A DNA stretch of 64,000 nucleotides from a virus. Below, in pieces: positions 59,744 to 64,000 of this stretch (the first letter of the stretch is position 1; every line of letters begins with the position of its first letter). The notes beneath the pieces are model-generated. The model was not told the DNA's origin and did no database searches. It was given only the letters and a program-made list of their open reading frames with translations. The stretch is from positions 34,811 through 98,810 of the IMG/VR virus record IMGVR_UViG_3300027749_000065; one strand, given 5' to 3'. A program made the position numbers and the translations under genes.

Positions 59744-60685
59744 ATGACCGAACAATTAGTAGATTATTCACCAGTGATTGATATTCTCGAAGACATTTTC
59801 GGAGATTATAAATTACATAATGATTATAAAGGACAAATATCTTTTGATTGTCATGTGTGTTCCCATGAAATTAAAGGTTTGGATGATGGTGATGGAAAAG
59901 GTAATCTGGAAATCAATTATAAAGAAGAAGTCTTTAAGTGTTGGTCATGTTCGGAAACACATGGTACACATGGTACACTATATAAATTAATTAAAAAATA
60001 CGGTAATAAAAAACAACTTGGTAAGTTTCAATTACTAAAACCTGAAAGTAACGAGGACTCCCCAAAGAGAGAATATAAACCTGTTAGATTACCAAAAGAT
60101 TTTATTAGATTTAAAGATGTAAGTGCGGGGTTTAAAATGACTCCATATTTCAAACAAGCATGGAATTATCTTAAAAAAAGAAATATAACCAATGAAATGA
60201 TTGAAAAATATGATATTGGTTTTTGTTATCTTGGTGAATATGGTGGTAGAATAATTATTCCATCATATGATGAAAATAACATGGTAAATTATTTTATTGG
60301 TAGATCATATCAAAATAACCCAAAATTAAAATATAAAAATCCAGAAGCACAAAAAGAAGTTATAATATGGAATGAAGACCATATAAATTGGGATGAAACC
60401 GTTTATATAGTTGAAGGGGTTTTTGATAGTATATTTTTACCTAATTCAATTCCAATGCTAGGTAAAGTTTTACACGAAAAGTTATTCAAAAAACTTTATG
60501 ATTTTGCAAAAAAAATTGTGATAGTGTTGGATGGAGATGCTTGGGATAATGCTGAAAAATTATACCATAAAATAAATTGCGGTAAATTAATGGGTAAAGT
60601 ATGGATTGTAAAATTACCTATTGATAAAGATATTGCAGATTTAAAAGGTGATCTTAGTGATTACAAAGTTAAACAATTAGATTAA
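59744..60685 (+). CDS. DNA primase (zinc-binding domain plus TOPRIM)
   Basis: CHVC...CWSC, YLKKR, IVEGVFD, LDGDA, KDIAD. ATG 59744 is preferred because TATATTTG lies at 59731-59738. Confidence 0.88.
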   Translation: MTEQLVDYSPVIDILEDIFGDYKLHNDYKGQISFDCHVCSHEIKGLDDGDGKGNLEINYKEEVFKCWSCSETHGTHGTLYKLIKKYGNKKQLGKFQLLKPESNEDSPKREYKPVRLPKDFIRFKDVSAGFKMTPYFKQAWNYLKKRNITNEMIEKYDIGFCYLGEYGGRIIIPSYDENNMVNYFIGRSYQNNPKLKYKNPEAQKEVIIWNEDHINWDETVYIVEGVFDSIFLPNSIPMLGKVLHEKLFKKLYDFAKKIVIVLDGDAWDNAEKLYHKINCGKLMGKVWIVKLPIDKDIADLKGDLSDYKVKQLD

Positions 60686-61542
60686 TGGATTTAAAAGAAG
60701 TTTCAAAAGAAATAAAAGAATTATTAGAAAAAAGAAGACAAGAAATAGAATTAACCTTTATTGAAGATGAACATATCTATTTCATGAAAGATATTAATGG
60801 TGTTATTAGAAATGATTTTCCTTCCGTATCTAAGGTAATAAAATGTTTCCATGAACATTTTGATACTGAGGGTAAATCACTTGCCATGGCAAAAGGTGAT
60901 TTATATGAACAATCAAGATTATTGGCAGAATGGAAATCGGCTGGAGATTATTCAACGAATATGGGTAGTATGGTTCATTATGAATTAGAAAAAGATACAA
61001 TATCTCGTAATGGTGATTATAAAGAAGTAAGACAACCTATTTTTGAGTGTGATGAGTCACAAATAAGTAAAGGAGATTCAATGATTATCGCTGGTAAGAA
61101 ATTCCTCCATTTAATGGAGGAAAGAGGTGCGGTTTTACTTGATACTGAAATAGTATTGGGTGATCCTGAATTAGAATATACTGGTCAACCCGATAAAATG
61201 TGGTTGATAATGAATAAAGAAAAAAATGGATTCGGGTTTGTTACTACAGATTGGAAAACCAATAAAAAAAAGAATTTTATTGCTCAACCATATACAAAAA
61301 AAATGTACCCACCATTTAACTCATATGACAATACCGCATTAAGTCATTATTATATACAGTTACCATTATATGCGAAACTCCTGTTGAAGATGTTAAAAGG
61401 TACAAAATATGATAACTTAAAATTATTTGGATGTATTGTTGTATTGTTGAAAGATGATGCAACATTCGAAGAATATAGAGTACCTATGGACATAATAAAC
61501 ACAGTATTAACAATGGATGTAAAAAAATATTTAAACAAATGA
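60685..61542 (+). CDS. PD-(D/E)xK exonuclease
   Basis: PSVS, GSMVH, E..L...GQPD...DWKT...QL.LY motifs. Confidence 0.8.
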   Translation: MDLKEVSKEIKELLEKRRQEIELTFIEDEHIYFMKDINGVIRNDFPSVSKVIKCFHEHFDTEGKSLAMAKGDLYEQSRLLAEWKSAGDYSTNMGSMVHYELEKDTISRNGDYKEVRQPIFECDESQISKGDSMIIAGKKFLHLMEERGAVLLDTEIVLGDPELEYTGQPDKMWLIMNKEKNGFGFVTTDWKTNKKKNFIAQPYTKKMYPPFNSYDNTALSHYYIQLPLYAKLLLKMLKGTKYDNLKLFGCIVVLLKDDATFEEYRVPMDIINTVLTMDVKKYLNK

Positions 61543-62204
61543 TAAAAAAAATCGTACACATTAGCGACCTTCATGTTCGCACATTCTTATTACATGAACA
61601 TTATCACAAACAATTAAATGAATTTTTATTTGGTTTAAGACCAAAATTAAAAGGTTTTGAATATGACGAAATAAGGATAGTTTTAACTGGTGATGTGGTA
61701 CACCAAAAGATTAATATTTCCAACGAACAAGTTGTATTAGTTACTTGGTTCTTTAATGAGTTAAGTAAAATTGGTAAACTTATTATCATACCTGGTAATC
61801 ATGATTTCTTGGAAAATAACATGAATAGATTGGATACCATAACTCCAATTGTAGAAACATTAAATAACCCTAATATAACCTATTATAGAGATGGTGGAAT
61901 GTATTCTGACGATAATGTTAATTGGGTGGTTTATTCGTTATTTCAACACAATAATAGACCTGAATTTGAGTTAGAAGAAGGGAAACTACATGTTGGGTTA
62001 TTTCATGGACCAATTCAAGGATTTACTACCGATACTGGTTATATTTTCGATGAAACTGCATATGATAAATTAAACTTTGTCGGGTGTGATATTGTTTTAT
62101 GTGGGGATATACATAAGAGAGATATAAAATATTTAGAAAGAGAAATTGAAATAGATGAAAAAGATATTGATGAATATTTAAAAAAAGGTTGGAAAAGAAT
62201 ATAA
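61539..62204 (+). CDS. SbcD/Mre11/gp47-like metallophosphoesterase, N-terminal fragment
   Basis: HISDLH, TGD, GNHD, FHG, GDIH motifs; ends before the GS motif. Confidence 0.85.
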   Translation: MIKKIVHISDLHVRTFLLHEHYHKQLNEFLFGLRPKLKGFEYDEIRIVLTGDVVHQKINISNEQVVLVTWFFNELSKIGKLIIIPGNHDFLENNMNRLDTITPIVETLNNPNITYYRDGGMYSDDNVNWVVYSLFQHNNRPEFELEEGKLHVGLFHGPIQGFTTDTGYIFDETAYDKLNFVGCDIVLCGDIHKRDIKYLEREIEIDEKDIDEYLKKGWKRI

Positions 62205-62252
62205 CACTAAAATTTTGTTGAATTCGCTATATTTATAATAAACAACAAAAAT

Positions 62253-63167
62253 ATGGAGAAACAATGCATACAATGTAAAAAAAATTATCAACCAAAAAAT
62301 AAAACTCAAAAATTCTGTTCAGTTGAATGTCAATATAATTCATATAAAATTCAAAAAATAGAAAAAATAAAAAAAGAATGTATTAAATGTGGTAAAATTT
62401 ATTATAAAATCCCTAGTAAATCTGGTTCAACATATTGTTCTAGAGAATGTAAAGATTTACATCAAAAAGAAATTTACCTTAAAGAAGGTAATCCTATTTG
62501 GGGTAGAAAATACACAATAATTGAAAAAAAAATTAAATCAGACACAATTAAAGAATTGTGGAAATCTGAAGAATTTAGAGAATCCGTTAAAAACGGACAA
62601 GAAATTTTTTTAAAAAAAAATGGTTATTGGTTTGGTACTGATGATGTAAGTAAAGAAAAAAGAAAAAAAACTTTAATTAATCGGTATGGTATTGAACATA
62701 ATTGGTGCGGAAAATATGGTGAAAGAATTTGTGATAAAACAACCTTTGAAAAATATGGAAAGACATCTGTAGATATGTTAATTGAATATACAAGACATTA
62801 CAATAAAAAAACAGATATTGAAAATATTTTTGAAGAATTTTTAAAAGATTTAAAAATACCATTTCAAGATAAATTTAAAATTTATAATAAAGATAAAATT
62901 GATTTTTGGTATAAAGAGTATGATTTTTTAATTCTAAATACTAATATTTTAATTGAGGTAGATGGTGATTATTGGCATGGTAATGAAAAAATTTTCCAAG
63001 ACTTAACTGATTTTCAAAAATCAGTTAAAATTAATGATAAAATAAAAGAAAATTTCGCGACTTCTAATGGTTATGAAATTATAAGATTTTGGGGTTCAGA
63101 CATTAAAAAAAATAAAACTGAAATAAAAGAAAAATTAAAAGAATTATGGGAAAAATTAAATTATTAA
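62253..63167 (+). CDS. Free-standing Vsr/DUF559-like homing endonuclease interrupting the gp47-like gene
   Basis: CxxC...[FY]CSxEC repeats, YDF...IEVDGDYWH...IRFW. Confidence 0.82.
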   Translation: MEKQCIQCKKNYQPKNKTQKFCSVECQYNSYKIQKIEKIKKECIKCGKIYYKIPSKSGSTYCSRECKDLHQKEIYLKEGNPIWGRKYTIIEKKIKSDTIKELWKSEEFRESVKNGQEIFLKKNGYWFGTDDVSKEKRKKTLINRYGIEHNWCGKYGERICDKTTFEKYGKTSVDMLIEYTRHYNKKTDIENIFEEFLKDLKIPFQDKFKIYNKDKIDFWYKEYDFLILNTNILIEVDGDYWHGNEKIFQDLTDFQKSVKINDKIKENFATSNGYEIIRFWGSDIKKNKTEIKEKLKELWEKLNY

Positions 63168-63373
63168 AAAAAATACCTATTATCCAAATTGGTTCATTCA
63201 TACAGCAGAATTTTGGGGAAACAGTCAACCATCATGGTTATGGATTATATGATGTTGAAAGTAATGAATATACATTTCATGATGTTATAAATGAAAGTCC
63301 TTACTTACATTTTAAAATAAATGACATAAAAGATATAGAAAATGGAGAAGAAATATTACTTAACCTTGGATAA
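63146..63373 (+). CDS. SbcD/gp47-like nuclease, C-terminal fragment
   Basis: IGSFIQQNFGE...HGYGLYD is the GS...FGE..G motif that follows GxxH in this family. Confidence 0.8.
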   Translation: MGKIKLLKKIPIIQIGSFIQQNFGETVNHHGYGLYDVESNEYTFHDVINESPYLHFKINDIKDIENGEEILLNLG

Positions 63374-63587
63374 TGAATTTATTCAATATTGTAAATTAAA
63401 TAATATTGAAGATGTTGAAGGTAAAGCAAATGAAATATTTAAACAAGGTTTTACGATATTGAAATATGGTGTAACACCAAATATTCCAATACAAAAAAAA
63501 CCTGAACCACCACCAACTAAGATGATAAGAGAAGGTGAGAAACCAGTGGTAATAGTAACACCAAAAAAAGATCTTTATGGTGAATAA
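63342..63587 (+). CDS. Small hypothetical protein (possibly RHH-like) ending KKDLYGE
   Basis: 81 aa; short N-terminal strand, then helices and a Pro-rich linker. Confidence 0.55.
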   Translation: MEKKYYLTLDNEFIQYCKLNNIEDVEGKANEIFKQGFTILKYGVTPNIPIQKKPEPPPTKMIREGEKPVVIVTPKKDLYGE

Positions 63588-63685
63588 TTTGGTATAATAA
63601 AAATTTTTAATTATAATTGTAAAAAAAAGTATGAAAGATTTATGTTGTACATAAAATACAATAACATATATTTATAATAAAAAAA

Positions 63686-64000
63686 ATGAATAAATATTGT
63701 ATTAAATGCGAAACAAATAAAGATATTAATGATTTTGGTAATAATAAAAATAATAAAGATAAACATAATCTTTATTGTAAATTATGTGAAAAAAATAGAG
63801 CGAAAGAATATCGTTTAAATAACCCTGATAAACAAAAAGAAAGTAGTGAAAAATGGAGAAAAAAAAATCCGGAAAAACAAAAAGTATTTTATAAAAAATA
63901 TATAGAAAAAAAACCGGAAATGCATATTACTCAAAGAATTAAAAAATACAGAGAAAGTGAAGTTTATAGAGAAAATGAAAAAAAAAGTAGGAAAGAATAT
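63686..64000 (+). CDS. Putative homing endonuclease, N-terminal part (runs off the window)
   Basis: Manual translation: MNKYCIKCETNKDINDF...YCKLCEK followed by a Lys/Arg/Glu helical region; TATTTAT at 63669. Confidence 0.6.
   Translation, partial: MNKYCIKCETNKDINDFGNNKNNKDKHNLYCKLCEKNRAKEYRLNNPDKQKESSEKWRKKNPEKQKVFYKKYIEKKPEMHITQRIKKYRESEVYRENEKKSRKEY

Noticed and set aside
60685-61542. Cas4 / CRISPR-associated nuclease
   Set aside because: It lacks the Cas4 Fe-S cysteine cluster and sits in an ordinary primase-gp47 context.
1121-62862. The many short alternative-frame and antisense ORFs in the track (e.g. 1121-1420, 8880-9224, 14744-15451, 40823-41191)
   Set aside because: They lie within well-supported genes, have no motifs and show typical shadow-ORF composition.
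62121-63170. Group I intron interrupting the gp47-like gene
   Set aside because: Only 48 non-coding nt are available, the sequence is very AT-rich with no visible ribozyme core, and the downstream fragment has its own ATG.
1-64000. Stop-codon reassignment
   Set aside because: Genes are long and tightly packed under the standard code, and TAG and TGA end genes at sensible positions (11636, 12616).
1-64000. tRNA, rRNA or other structured ncRNA genes
   Set aside because: Intergenic gaps are short and AT-rich; only terminator-type hairpins were seen.

Overview
Very AT-rich 64 kb segment of a large contractile-tailed (T4-like architecture, probably jumbo) dsDNA phage. The host is most likely Bacteroidota: TAnnTTTG promoters, A-rich leaders without Shine-Dalgarno sites, an SprB-like repeat and a DDLPF SSB tail. 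Gene order: neck gp13-like (partial), putative nuclease, SNF2 helicase, gp14/gp15-like, tail sheath, tail tube, tail chaperone, tape measure, baseplate hub genes; then SSB, UvsX/RecA, 5'-3' exonuclease, DnaB, NrdB, NrdA; then baseplate wedge/fibre genes; then RuvC, primase, exonuclease and a gp47/SbcD nuclease. Selfish elements are abundant: three cis inteins (two with the class 3 WCT signature), one naturally split intein in DnaB, and four free-standing endonuclease genes. Main leads: (1) an SbcD/gp47 gene fractured by an endonuclease with no intein or intron, where both halves carry extra charge-complementary peptides; (2) a gp41-1-like split intein in a helicase that also carries a cis intein; (3) an [S/T]-G-x-T motif concentrated in sheath and baseplate/fibre proteins, a candidate modification sequon; (4) a +1 frameshift extension of the tail chaperone; (5) a 15-bp iteron-like array; (6) hairpins masking endonuclease start codons; (7) two small regulators sharing a KKDLYG[D/E] tail. 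All functional calls come from motif recognition and synteny; no searches were run.
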